From the sequence record SRR31156797_1360: 64,000 nt of DNA, one strand, 5' to 3'. Every line of letters begins with the position of its first letter. The first letter of the stretch is position 1. The position numbers and the translations under genes are program-made. This document shows positions 47,618 through 58,042 of the stretch, in pieces. A model generated the notes under the pieces. The model had not been told where the DNA came from, made no database searches, and saw only the letters and a list, made by a program, of their open reading frames with translations.

Positions 47618-48871
47618 TTATAAGTTGTAAGTAATACCAATTCCGGGTAGGAATCCAGTATTTTTATATTTTCCACCAAAACCACTATTGGTATCCATTC
47701 CATTAACCTCTTCACCTTCAATATAAAGAAGAGAAACATCTAAACTTAGCTTCTCATTTAGCATGTAAGAAGCACCTGCAGAAAGACCAATTTTATTAGC
47801 TCCTGGTGTTTCTGGAGTGTAGTAGTTTTTATTTGTTGGTGTTTCATCGTAATAGAAACCAGCTCTAAGATCTAATTTATCATTAGCCGAATATTGTGCT
47901 CCAATACGATAAATCATTGTATTATCCCAGTTTCTAAGGCTTTTAGAATCTAGAACGCCTGCTGGATCATTTTCAAAATCAAAATCTAAGGATTTGTATT
48001 CATCCCATTTAACAAAATTTACATCAGCTGAAACTAACCACTTTTCATTAATTTCATATGCCAGACCAATGTTAAAGCTTGCAGGCAGAGGAAGAGTCGC
48101 AGAAATTCCACCATCAGGGAAAGCGCCTGCAAATGGAGCCAAACTTGAAGGTAGGGTAAAATCTGCGTCACCTTCAGAATAATCTAAATCAATATCAACT
48201 TGAGAACGATAAGATAATCCGATATTTAATTTTTCATTAGGTTGTAAAAAGATTCCTAAATTATAACCATATTTTATTTTGTCACCTTTTAAATTAACAT
48301 TTCCATCAGCGATGTAAGAACCATCTGCAGGATTCAAAACAGGAAAATTTCGGTTTAAATCGAATTGTCCATATACAATATTTAATCCAGCACCAACGCT
48401 AATCCAATCTGCTAATTTGTAAGAAATGGTAGGTTGAATATAAATGGCTTTTAAGCTAATATCTTGAATTAGATATTTACCAGACCATTCTTTGCCCCAA
48501 TCTACTTTATTACCAAATGGAGTATAAACTCCTAAACCCAATGCAAGCTTGTCATTTACTTTCATTGATCCGTATAAATAGAATGGTGTTCCTGTTGGAT
48601 TATCTGTTTCTTCAACACCTGCTGCTCCTGTATATTCAGTTTTGATTAGAGTTGCAAAGCCACCAACAGAAAAACTATACTTTTGATCTATGGTTGCCAA
48701 GGCTCCTGGGTTCCATTGCATACTACTAGCATCGAAGTTTAATGCAGTTCCAACATGTCCCATACCGGTTTGTTTAACACCTTGGACATTCACAGCATAA
48801 CCTTCTGCTTTTACATTTACATTGTATGCCATTACAATAACTGCAATCGCTAAACAAATCTTTCTTATCAT
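47618..48871 (-). CDS. OmpP1/FadL family outer-membrane transporter (likely start MIRKI)
   Basis: GYAVNVQG..GMG..G, NPGAL, GVYTPFG, LRAGFYYDETP, C-terminal YNL. Confidence 0.9.
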   Translation of the reverse strand: MIRKICLAIAVIVMAYNVNVKAEGYAVNVQGVKQTGMGHVGTALNFDASSMQWNPGALATIDQKYSFSVGGFATLIKTEYTGAAGVEETDNPTGTPFYLYGSMKVNDKLALGLGVYTPFGNKVDWGKEWSGKYLIQDISLKAIYIQPTISYKLADWISVGAGLNIVYGQFDLNRNFPVLNPADGSYIADGNVNLKGDKIKYGYNLGIFLQPNEKLNIGLSYRSQVDIDLDYSEGDADFTLPSSLAPFAGAFPDGGISATLPLPASFNIGLAYEINEKWLVSADVNFVKWDEYKSLDFDFENDPAGVLDSKSLRNWDNTMIYRIGAQYSANDKLDLRAGFYYDETPTNKNYYTPETPGANKIGLSAGASYMLNEKLSLDVSLLYIEGEEVNGMDTNSGFGGKYKNTGFLPGIGITYNL

Positions 48872-49090
48872 AAGTTGATGTTTTAAAATTCGGTCTGAAT
48901 ATAATTTATTTTCTTTTGCATACAAGAAGTTTTGAATTGAATTGAACAATGTTGATTGGATAAGTATCAGTAGTACAGATGAATGTATGTATTTATATTT
49001 ATTGATATGAAAAACATTTTCCTTAAAGGGGATTGGATTTTATTAAATTTTAATACTTTTATCTTGAATAAAACATCCTTATTCAATCAT

Positions 49091-50245
49091 ATGAGTGTTA
49101 AGTTGAATAAAAAAACGCAAGGAAATTTTGCTTATCAAAGTTTTAAAGAGGGCTATCGTAGTGTAACTCCCTCATTGATTAATCGTTCGTTCGAGTGGAA
49201 AGATAAGCAAATAAATATTTTATTGGAATCCGCAATGTTGGAATTGGGAGAGTTGAATGCTTATTCAAAGTTTTTCCCAAATATAAATCAACATGTGCCT
49301 TTATTTGTAGCACAAGAGTCTGTAGCTTCCAACTTGATTGAAGGTAGCAAGTGTAATATCTCACAAGCTTTTGTACCTGAAACTTCGAGAAGTTTTAAAC
49401 GGATTTATGAGCAAAAGGAGATTACAAATCATATTGAAGCTATAAATTGGGGAGTAAAGGAGTTACGTAGATTTCCTCTTTCTATTAGACTAATTAAAGA
49501 ATCTCATAGATTGTTGTGTTCTGACCTGCCTCAAAAAGAAGATTTTGGAGGTAAAATTCGACCTTTTTATGATTCCAACGATAGAAAATTTGATTCAGAT
49601 TTTAAATACACTCCACCTAATAAACATGAGTTAAAAATCTTGATTAACGACGCCAAGAAATTCTGGCGTAATGATGATTTAGAATTGCCTTTGTTAATAA
49701 AAATGGCAATTTCACTTTATCAGTTTGAAAATATTCTTCCTTTTCTTGATGGTAATGGAAGAACGGCCAGAACATTGATTCTTTTTGAAATGTTGGAGTT
49801 AAAATTTGTTTACAAACCTGTGTTTTGCTTATCTGTATTTTTTGAAAAGAACAGATTGGAATATTACAACCGACTAAATTTAATTCGTTCAAAAAATGAT
49901 ATTGAACAATGGATAAAGTTTTTTTTGACTGGAATTCGAGAATCAGCGATTCACAGTAAAGAGATTTTAGCACAATTAAAGAAACTAATAGATACGTACA
50001 ATACACGGATCGAATCTCAGATGGGTAAGAAAAGACATCAAACGGCTAAATTGTTAATGTTGGAATTTTATAGTAAACCATTCTTAACAGTGAATGAAGT
50101 TAAAGAAAAACTTAACCTTAGTTTTCAATCAGCAAATCAATTGATCAAAGAATTTGAATCGACTGGTTTAATAAAAGAATTGATTGGTGCCCGTAGAAAC
50201 AGAATATTTTATTTGTGGGAGTATCTGGGTTTATTTGAATTATAA
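49091..50245 (+). CDS. Fic family protein (N-terminal DUF4172-like, C-terminal HTH) with degenerate active site (likely start MSVKL)
   Basis: SNLIEG inhibitory motif; LPFLDGNGRTAR in place of HPFxDGNGRxxR; C-terminal RRNRIF. Confidence 0.85.
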   Translation: MSVKLNKKTQGNFAYQSFKEGYRSVTPSLINRSFEWKDKQINILLESAMLELGELNAYSKFFPNINQHVPLFVAQESVASNLIEGSKCNISQAFVPETSRSFKRIYEQKEITNHIEAINWGVKELRRFPLSIRLIKESHRLLCSDLPQKEDFGGKIRPFYDSNDRKFDSDFKYTPPNKHELKILINDAKKFWRNDDLELPLLIKMAISLYQFENILPFLDGNGRTARTLILFEMLELKFVYKPVFCLSVFFEKNRLEYYNRLNLIRSKNDIEQWIKFFLTGIRESAIHSKEILAQLKKLIDTYNTRIESQMGKKRHQTAKLLMLEFYSKPFLTVNEVKEKLNLSFQSANQLIKEFESTGLIKELIGARRNRIFYLWEYLGLFEL

Positions 50246-50250
50246 GTAAG

Positions 50251-50280
50251 AAAAAAGGTTGATTCAATGAACCAACCTTT
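50251..50280. terminator. Bidirectional terminator
   Basis: AAAAAAGGTTGATTCA..TGAACCAACCTTT between convergent genes. Confidence 0.7.
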
Positions 50281-50299
50281 CTATATGTTTGAGATTATT

Positions 50300-51175
50300 T
50301 TAAGCTAAAACTTCTTTCATTTTTTTACCTATATCGGCAGGAGAACTAACTACGTGAATTCCTGCAGCAGCTAATGCCTTCATTTTTTCTTCAGCAGTAC
50401 CTTTTCCGCCAGCAATAATTGCGCCTGCGTGTCCCATACGTTTACCCGGAGGCGCAGTTTGACCTGCAATAAATGCAACAACAGGTTTATCAACATTTTT
50501 AGCAATGTATTCAGCAGCAGTTTCTTCATCAGAACCGCCAATTTCGCCAATTAAAACAATTGCTTCGGTTTTTGGATCATCATTCAATAATTTTACCGCA
50601 TCAATGTGTTTGGTTCCAATAATTGGATCTCCACCAATACCAATTGCAGTAGATTGTCCAAAACCAGCCTCACCTAATTGGTGAACAGCTTCGTAGGTTA
50701 ATGTACCCGAACGAGAAACAATACCTATGGTTCCAGGATTGTGAATAAATCCAGGCATGATACCAATTTTAGCTTCGCCTGGAGTAATAACACCAGGACA
50801 GTTCGGACCGACTAAAGTGGTTTCAGGATATTTCTTTAGAAATTCGTGAACTTTTAACATATCAAAAGTTGGAATTCCTTCAGTAATACAAATAACCAAT
50901 TCAACACCAGCTTCGGCAGCTTCCATAATTGCATCAGCAGCAAATGGAGGTGGAACAAAAATAACAGATGCATTAGCTCCTGTTTTTTCCACAGCACCTT
51001 TCATGGTATTGTGAATTGGAATTTTATCCATAAATAGCTGACCGCCTTTACCAGGAGTAACTCCAGCAACTACATTCGTTCCATATTCGATCATTTGTTG
51101 GGTATGGAAAGCCCCTTCAGAACCAGTGATTCCCTGAACCACTAACTTTGTATTTTTATCGACTAATACGCTCAT
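50300..51175 (-). CDS. sucD: Succinate--CoA ligase alpha subunit
   Basis: [30 protein letters not shown]. Confidence 0.97.
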   Translation of the reverse strand: MSVLVDKNTKLVVQGITGSEGAFHTQQMIEYGTNVVAGVTPGKGGQLFMDKIPIHNTMKGAVEKTGANASVIFVPPPFAADAIMEAAEAGVELVICITEGIPTFDMLKVHEFLKKYPETTLVGPNCPGVITPGEAKIGIMPGFIHNPGTIGIVSRSGTLTYEAVHQLGEAGFGQSTAIGIGGDPIIGTKHIDAVKLLNDDPKTEAIVLIGEIGGSDEETAAEYIAKNVDKPVVAFIAGQTAPPGKRMGHAGAIIAGGKGTAEEKMKALAAAGIHVVSSPADIGKKMKEVLA

Positions 51176-52344
51176 TATGCTTCAATTGTTTTAAGGGTGG
51201 CTACTACTTTTTTAGCTGCATCTTCTAATTCTGTTGCAGCAATAATATTCATTCCAGATGCCTCTAAAAGCTTCTTGCCTTCTTCAGCATTGGTTCCTTG
51301 TAAGCGAACCACAATTGGCACTTTTGTATCGATATTTTTGATTGCTTCAATAACTCCTTTTGCAACTCTGTCGCAACGAACAATACCACCAAAAATGTTG
51401 ATTAGAACAGCTTTTACGCTACCATCTGATAGAATAATTCTAAAACCTTTCTCAACAGTCTCAGCAGAAGCTCCTCCTCCAACATCAAGGAAGTTAGCAG
51501 GTTCACCACCAGTAAGTTTAATAATATCCATGGTTCCCATTGCTAAACCAGCACCGTTTACCATACATCCTATATTACCATCTAGCTTAATGTAATTTAA
51601 TCCAGATCTACCAGCTTCAATTTCTAGAGGTTCTTCTTCGTCTAAATCGCGAAGAGCAGCAATTTCTTTATGGCGATACAAGGCATTTTCATCGAAATTT
51701 GCTTTTGCATCAAGTGCGATAACATCTCCTTCTTTTGTAACCACCAATGGGTTGATTTCAAAAATAGAAGCATCAGTTCCCATGTATGCCTTATAAAGTG
51801 CCATTAAAAATTTTACACCATTTTTAAAAGCATCACCAGTTAAATCAAGTGCGAAAGCCATTTGTCTGGCTTGAAAAGCTTGTAAACCAACTGCAGTATC
51901 AACAACTACTTTTACAATTTTTTCAGGAGTTTCCTCAGCTACTTTTTCAATTTCCATACCACCTTCGGTAGATACCATAAAGGTAACAGCAGAAGTAGCA
52001 CGATCCATTACAATACCTGCATACAACTCACGGTCGATATTCGATGCCGCTTCAATTAGAACTTTTTTTACTAGATTTCCTTCAGGACCAGTTTGATGTG
52101 TTATCAGTGTCATTCCTAATATGTCATTTGCATATCTGGATACATCCTGAGCTGTAGGTGCGAATTTAACTCCTCCACCTTTACCTCTACCACCGGCATG
52201 AATTTGGGCTTTAACAACAACGGGCAATCCAATTTCGGTTGCAGCATCTTCAGCTTCCTTTACCGAAAAAGCAATTTTGCTTTCCGGAACAGGAACACCA
52301 AACGACCGTAAAATTTCTTTTGCTTGATATTCGTGAATCTTCAT
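51175..52344 (-). CDS. sucC: Succinate--CoA ligase beta subunit (start MKIHEYQ)
   Basis: [37 protein letters not shown]. Confidence 0.97.
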   Translation of the reverse strand: MKIHEYQAKEILRSFGVPVPESKIAFSVKEAEDAATEIGLPVVVKAQIHAGGRGKGGGVKFAPTAQDVSRYANDILGMTLITHQTGPEGNLVKKVLIEAASNIDRELYAGIVMDRATSAVTFMVSTEGGMEIEKVAEETPEKIVKVVVDTAVGLQAFQARQMAFALDLTGDAFKNGVKFLMALYKAYMGTDASIFEINPLVVTKEGDVIALDAKANFDENALYRHKEIAALRDLDEEEPLEIEAGRSGLNYIKLDGNIGCMVNGAGLAMGTMDIIKLTGGEPANFLDVGGGASAETVEKGFRIILSDGSVKAVLINIFGGIVRCDRVAKGVIEAIKNIDTKVPIVVRLQGTNAEEGKKLLEASGMNIIAATELEDAAKKVVATLKTIEA

Positions 52345-52695
52345 TCTGTATAATTTTTTGTTAGGCTTGGAAATGACCTGCAAAAGCTCTGCTAGTATTG
52401 TTTTAATTGATTTTGAACAGGTTTAGGCAAGTCGGTTAATAAAATACAATTGTTTAAATTTTTGATGAACCTAAATATATAAATATCTGCATGGAATAAA
52501 AAGGACATTTATTGGAAATTTAAAGATTTTCGCATCTTTAAATGGCTGATTGTTTTAACTGTTTGATTGCCATGGCTTATGATGTGTGTTATTCTTTTTC
52601 GATATGGATATAGATTCCAATGATACTATCGCATAAAGTTTTCTGCATTTATTTTTTCTAATAAAACACTAACTTCATGAAAAATTGAAAATAGT

Positions 52696-53850
52696 ATGTA
52701 TCCTGTAGAATTACGATTAGATTTTTTTGCTCTATTAATATTATTGGGTGTATTCCAAGGCTTTTTTCTCACCTATTTTTTCTTGAATAAGGAGAATCGA
52801 AAAATCGTTTCCAATCGCCTGTATGGATTGCTTATTGGATCGTTATCGATTATGATTTTGGAGCATTGGTTGAATTATACAGGATACATTGCCCAAATTA
52901 TTTGGATTGATAATTACTCCGAACCATTTAATTTTTTCATAGCACCAATTGCTTTTTTATTCGTGAAAACGAATCTCAAACCTCGTTTTGATAAAAAAGA
53001 TTTGCTTCATTTAATACCATTTGCGATTTACTTTTGCTATTCATTTTTCTATTTTTTGCAGACCGACGAATTTAAATTCAATTCATTTTTGTGGGTTAAC
53101 CATCCCGATTGGGAAAGAATTGTGGCAATTGAACGATTTAACTCAGATCCTTTAGGATTAAGATCTATAGTTAATGATATGACATTGGTACATTTTGTAA
53201 TTTACAATTTCATGTCAATGAGATTGGTTGTATTGGAGGTGAAAAAAGAGAAGTTGAAATTTTGGAAGCTAACAAATACCAGATTAAGGTGGTTACGCAA
53301 CTTGATTTTCCATTTTATCATGATCATTTTGATTTTTGTTTTTGCTAAAAGCTACTATGGTAGAGATTTGGGTGATCATTTAATTGGAGCGTATACTGCA
53401 TTAATTATATATCTAATAAGCATTCAGGCTTTTAATGAATCTGCTTTTTTTAAGAAATCAGGTGAAATGGTTAAGGTTTCCAAATACACAAAATCTTCTT
53501 TATCAGAAGAACAAAAAGATGAAATATTAATCAACTTACAGAAGGAGATGAGAGAGAATGAATATTTTACCAACAACATGGCTTCTCTTCCTGATTTGGC
53601 TAAAAGAGTATCTTCAGTTTCGCATCACGTTTCTCAAGTGATCAATGAGCGATTGGGAAAAAGCTTTTTTGAGTGGTTGGCAGAAAATAGAATTGAGAAG
53701 GCTAAGCAGATTCTATCAACACCTAAAACTGCAAAAATAACTATAGAAGAATTGGCTGAACTTGTTGGTTACAATTCAAAATCATCATTCAATAAATCCT
53801 TTAAAAAGTATACTGGGCAAACTCCAAGTCAATTTCGAGATGCTTCTTAA
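52696..53850 (+). CDS. Membrane-anchored AraC family regulator
   Basis: About 7 TM N-terminus; VSQVINE...VGYNSKSSFNKSFKKYTGQTPSQF. Confidence 0.9.
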   Translation: MYPVELRLDFFALLILLGVFQGFFLTYFFLNKENRKIVSNRLYGLLIGSLSIMILEHWLNYTGYIAQIIWIDNYSEPFNFFIAPIAFLFVKTNLKPRFDKKDLLHLIPFAIYFCYSFFYFLQTDEFKFNSFLWVNHPDWERIVAIERFNSDPLGLRSIVNDMTLVHFVIYNFMSMRLVVLEVKKEKLKFWKLTNTRLRWLRNLIFHFIMIILIFVFAKSYYGRDLGDHLIGAYTALIIYLISIQAFNESAFFKKSGEMVKVSKYTKSSLSEEQKDEILINLQKEMRENEYFTNNMASLPDLAKRVSSVSHHVSQVINERLGKSFFEWLAENRIEKAKQILSTPKTAKITIEELAELVGYNSKSSFNKSFKKYTGQTPSQFRDAS

Positions 53851-53995
53851 GTCTCATGAAATCAGTTATTGATGGTGTGTTTTAAGGTGTTGCCTTATAA
53901 GGGAACACAGTCACCCAATAGGGAGATTCTAATTTAACGATGTATCTGACTTTACTTTGTTTTAGAAATCAAAGTTGAATGAAATTTTTATCGAA

Positions 53996-55147
53996 ATGGA
54001 AAAGTCAGAAAGAAGATACGAAGTAGATTGGTTACGAATATTATTAATTCTTAGTGTGTTTATATTTCATATTGGAATGTTCTTTAATACGTTTGGTTGG
54101 CATGTTAAAAATAATGTACAAGTAAGCGAATTGAGTGGAATAATGTCCTTCCTTCATATTTGGAGAATGCCATTGTTATTTTTTGTATCGGGTGCTGGAA
54201 CTCATTTTGCTTTGGGGAATAAAACTTTGAGAAAATATGCTTCAGAAAGAAACAAGCGATTGATGCTTCCATTTTTGTTTGGGATATTCACTTTGGTACC
54301 GATTCAAGTATACCTTGAAAAATTCGATCAGTACTCCTCTCTTTTAAATTTTTATTCTCACATGTTCGAAGGAGCTTATCCCGAAGGTAATATGAGCTGG
54401 CATCATCTGTGGTTTATTCTGTACTTGTTTATTGTATCGATGCTATCTATTCCAGTAATCAAATGGTTTAGGAGTTCAAAATCTAGATTATTTTTTAAGT
54501 TGATAGATAAACTTGCCAGTAAAAAAGCTGGATTATTGTGGCTAGCAATTCCAATAATCATATCACAAATGATTCTTAGGCCATATTTTCCGGAGAGTAC
54601 ACATGCTTTGGTAGATGATTGGGCATATATGGCGATGTATTTTATATTCTTTATTTATGGTTATGTATTTGCTCAAAGTAAAATGTTTTCCCAAAATATA
54701 GTAAGTCAGCGATATATCCATTTGTTTGCTTCTATTCTTGTAACAATTTTGCTTTTTAACAGTTCCAATTTAATTGAAAACAAGTATTGGGCTGGATACC
54801 TATATGGAGTATTATCAATTCTAGTAGCTTGGTTTGTTGGATTAACTGCAATGGGATTTTGTTTTAAGTATCTAACATTTAATTCAAAACTTAGAAAATA
54901 TGCTAACGAAGCCGTTTATCCTTTCTATTTGCTGCATCAGCCAATTATTCTATTAATTGGTTTTTATATGAAGGATTTGGAAATGAGTGTTACATTGAAA
55001 GCAATTTATCTTACTGTAGCTAGTTTTACAGCTAGTGTAGGAATTTACATATTATTGATTCGCCCATTTAATTTAATGAGGATTGTATTTGGATTGAAAG
55101 CACGTAAACAAAAAGAAATTGAGTTAAGTGTGATAGGCAATAAATAA
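53996..55147 (+). CDS. Acyltransferase family 3 protein (OpgC/MdoC-like; likely start MEKSE)
   Basis: DWLR, WRMPLLFFVSG, HHLWFILYL, YPFYLLHQ. Confidence 0.9.
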   Translation: MEKSERRYEVDWLRILLILSVFIFHIGMFFNTFGWHVKNNVQVSELSGIMSFLHIWRMPLLFFVSGAGTHFALGNKTLRKYASERNKRLMLPFLFGIFTLVPIQVYLEKFDQYSSLLNFYSHMFEGAYPEGNMSWHHLWFILYLFIVSMLSIPVIKWFRSSKSRLFFKLIDKLASKKAGLLWLAIPIIISQMILRPYFPESTHALVDDWAYMAMYFIFFIYGYVFAQSKMFSQNIVSQRYIHLFASILVTILLFNSSNLIENKYWAGYLYGVLSILVAWFVGLTAMGFCFKYLTFNSKLRKYANEAVYPFYLLHQPIILLIGFYMKDLEMSVTLKAIYLTVASFTASVGIYILLIRPFNLMRIVFGLKARKQKEIELSVIGNK

Positions 55148-55169
55148 TAACCTTTAATCAAGCTTTGAG

Positions 55170-55198
55170 AGGTTCATCTGATAAGGTGAACCTTTGTT
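55170..55198 (+). terminator. Probable terminator
   Basis: AGGTTCATCT...AGGTGAACCT followed by TTGTT. Confidence 0.65.
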
Positions 55199-55448
55199 GT
55201 ATTCTAAAATTTCTCCAATGTATTTCTTCAAATTTCAGGAAAACATGTAAAAACTCCCATTTATCGATTTTTTTGAAGATTCTCCCGATTAAATAATGTC
55301 TGTATGCTGCGGATTTAGTAATTTCAAACTCAAACCTTAAAAATCAGGGAAGTTGAAGAAATGTCTTTAGTGGCCATAACAGATAAATATTTCTTCAAGA
55401 GGATAAATTGTTCTAATTTTAATTAATTCAATTTTAAAACTAAAAAAA

Positions 55449-55844
55449 ATGAGTGCATATTATAACAAGGTAAAAGATTACCTATTGAATTTAGAATACA
55501 ATATTGTTCAGGAAGATACAACAGAAGAACTTTTTGTAGTAGAAAATCCTGAAGGTGGAATTGCAAATCTGATTGTAGATTGTGAGGATCCAATTTTAAT
55601 TATTGAAGGATTACTTTTTGAAATATCTGATGAAAATCCTGATATCTATAAATCATTATTGATTAAGAATCGAGAAATCATACATGGAGCTTTTACTTTG
55701 GATGAATCAGGTAAGAAAGTTATTTTCAGGGATACTCTTCAGTTAGAGAATTTGGATCAGAATGAATTGGAAGCAACATTAAACTCATTAGAGATGTTGT
55801 TGAGTGAATATTCTGAGGAGATTATTTCATTTTCAAAATTGTAA
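55449..55844 (+). CDS. YbjN/CesT-Tir chaperone-like protein
   Basis: LLIKNREIIHGAF..D...FRDTLQLENLD; precedes pspA. Confidence 0.75.
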   Translation: MSAYYNKVKDYLLNLEYNIVQEDTTEELFVVENPEGGIANLIVDCEDPILIIEGLLFEISDENPDIYKSLLIKNREIIHGAFTLDESGKKVIFRDTLQLENLDQNELEATLNSLEMLLSEYSEEIISFSKL

Positions 55845-55864
55845 ACGAATAAAATAAAATACAA

Positions 55865-56569
55865 ATGGGAATTTTTAGTAGACTTTTTAACGTGGGCAAA
55901 GCAGAAGCTCACTCAGCTATAGATAAATTGGAAGATCCAATTAAGATGACCGAGCAGGGAATCAGAGATCTTAAAAAGGATTTAGATAAAAGCTTACAAG
56001 CATTAGCAGAAGTTAAAGCTTTGGCAATTCGCAGTAAGAGAGAATTAAATGAACAATCATCTGTTGCTAAAAATTACGAGCAAAAAGCAATGTTGTTATT
56101 GCAAAAAGCTGAGAAAGGTGATTTAGAAATGTCGGAAGCTGAACGTTTGGCTACAGAAGCTCTTACTCGTAAAGAGGAAGCAACTGCAAATGCAGCCCGA
56201 GCTCAGGAAGAGGTAAGCAAGTTTGATACGAACATTAGCCAGTTAGATGCAAATGTGAAGAAGCTGAAATCGACAATTACTCGTTACGAGAATGAGTTGA
56301 GAACTCTAAAAGCACGTGCTCGAGTAAGTTCGGCTACTCAGAAAATTAACAAACAACTTTCAGGAATCGATAGCTCGGGAACAGTTTCTATGCTTGAGAA
56401 AATGAAAGATAAAGTTGCTCAACAAGAAGCAATGGCTGAAGCTTATGGCGAAATTTCGATGGAGAACAGAAGTTTAGATGACGAAATTGATGCAACATTA
56501 AGCGATACGAATGTGAAAGCCTCAAACGCCCTGGAAGAATTAAAGGCGAAAATGAAGAACAAAGCATAG
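55865..56569 (+). CDS. pspA: PspA/IM30 family protein
   Basis: MGIFSRL amphipathic start, DKLEDP, long coiled coil, LEELKAKM end. Confidence 0.92.
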   Translation: MGIFSRLFNVGKAEAHSAIDKLEDPIKMTEQGIRDLKKDLDKSLQALAEVKALAIRSKRELNEQSSVAKNYEQKAMLLLQKAEKGDLEMSEAERLATEALTRKEEATANAARAQEEVSKFDTNISQLDANVKKLKSTITRYENELRTLKARARVSSATQKINKQLSGIDSSGTVSMLEKMKDKVAQQEAMAEAYGEISMENRSLDDEIDATLSDTNVKASNALEELKAKMKNKA

Positions 56570-56598
56570 CTGTTTTACAAATTTGAACGATAACAAAA

Positions 56599-57144
56599 AT
56601 GGGAATATCCGATTTTTTTAAAAGAAAAAAACAGCCTAAGTACGACAGCACCAATATCCGGGTAACCGACCTGGATATTGGTTTTGTTTTTGAATACGAC
56701 TTGGAAAGCTGGGAAGTACAGGCTTGTTACGAGTACGATTGGGGAGATAATTTTTTCACTCAGGAATTCAAGATTTTTAATGGTGTTAAAACCTTGTTTC
56801 TTTCTGTTGAGGATGATGATGAGATATCTATTTCAGTATCTACTAAAATTAAAACTCGTCAACTAGGAACACAGGTTCATGAAGATTTGTTGAACCGTCA
56901 AAAAGCACCAACATCTTTCGAATATGAAGGAAGAAAGTACTTTTTTGAGAAGGAAGCTCCAGGTTATTTTAACGATGTAGCTAAAGGAGAGGAGTGGTTG
57001 GAATTTGTATCCTGGGATTTTGAAGATGAAACCGGAGAATACATTGTAACTATTGAGCAGTGGGACGAAAAGGAATTCGAAGCCTCAGCTGGTAAAGTGA
57101 TTAAAGAATTCGAAATCTCGAACATTCTACCTTTTGAGAATTAA
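56599..57144 (+). CDS. DUF4178 domain protein
   Basis: MGISDFF start, aromatic/acidic pattern YDWG..LSVEDDDE..IEQW..GKVI; pspA context. Confidence 0.75.
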   Translation: MGISDFFKRKKQPKYDSTNIRVTDLDIGFVFEYDLESWEVQACYEYDWGDNFFTQEFKIFNGVKTLFLSVEDDDEISISVSTKIKTRQLGTQVHEDLLNRQKAPTSFEYEGRKYFFEKEAPGYFNDVAKGEEWLEFVSWDFEDETGEYIVTIEQWDEKEFEASAGKVIKEFEISNILPFEN

Positions 57145-57183
57145 TAATATTGCCAATAACCTAATATTTAAAAGCTATCATTT

Positions 57184-58011
57184 ATGAATACTGCAGCAAA
57201 AATAGTCATTGGGATTATTGTGGTGTTTTTTATTGCTAAAACTTGTGGAAGAGATAATTCTTCAAGTTCTAGCTATAAATCATCATCATCCCAAACCGCA
57301 AAAACATGGGAGAAATCTCCAGTTGATGACTTGATAAAGGATTTGAATGGGGAACAGAACTTTTCAATCATCCTTTTTGATATGGATGCTGATGAGAATG
57401 GAAATACCTACCGTCATCAATATCAAACGATCATCCAACGTCCTGATACGGTTATCGAAAGCAAAACCGATTGGAAAAATGTAAGTGAAGCTTTCTTTTC
57501 TCAGAATATCAATAATATGGGAATGGAGATTGCTTCGAAAAAAGATGGTAAAGTTACCAAGCAAGCAGTTCCTGCCGGATACAATCATTACGTTGGTAAT
57601 GAGAAATACGGGCGATGGGAAAATCGTGGAGGTTCCTCTTTCTGGGCTTTTTATGGGCAGTATGCTTTTATGTCGTCTATGTTTAATATGATGACTTATC
57701 GTCGATCGTATTGGGATGATTACAACCGAGGGGGATATTATGGAGGTTCTCGCGGATATTATGGACCTCGAGGAAGTAATCCGGTATACGGAACCAAGAG
57801 TTACACTTCGTCAAGCTCTGGAAGTAAAAGTAAATGGGCAAGCAAACCATCTACTTTTAAAGATAGAGTTCGCAGTAAGGTAAGCCGATCTTCTTCTACG
57901 AGCAATTCAAAATTCTCGAAGCAAAGAACAACTACAAAAACAAAAAGAAGTTCATCAAGATACAGTTCAAGTCGATCCACTCGATCAAGAAGTGGTGGAT
58001 TTGGAAAATAA
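57184..58011 (+). CDS. Hypothetical membrane-anchored protein/lipoprotein with Gly/Ser/Arg-rich tail
   Basis: Hydrophobic N-terminus followed by KTCG; YVGNEKYGRW..SFWAFYGQY; tail ends RSRSGGFGK. Confidence 0.7.
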   Translation: MNTAAKIVIGIIVVFFIAKTCGRDNSSSSSYKSSSSQTAKTWEKSPVDDLIKDLNGEQNFSIILFDMDADENGNTYRHQYQTIIQRPDTVIESKTDWKNVSEAFFSQNINNMGMEIASKKDGKVTKQAVPAGYNHYVGNEKYGRWENRGGSSFWAFYGQYAFMSSMFNMMTYRRSYWDDYNRGGYYGGSRGYYGPRGSNPVYGTKSYTSSSSGSKSKWASKPSTFKDRVRSKVSRSSSTSNSKFSKQRTTTKTKRSSSRYSSSRSTRSRSGGFGK

Positions 58012-58042
58012 ACCCAGTGTATAATTCATAGATTAAAATATT

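Noticed and set aside
49644-50006. 120-aa minus-strand ORF as Fic antitoxin
   Set aside because: Fully antisense within fic, no SxxxEG motif; the Fic protein has its own inhibitory motif
51197-51595. 132-aa plus-strand ORF
   Set aside because: Antisense shadow of sucC
52531-52556. Fourth SigZ-like promoter (CGCATCTTT) upstream of AraC
   Set aside because: Mismatch in the -35 element and no CGnC at 16-nt spacing
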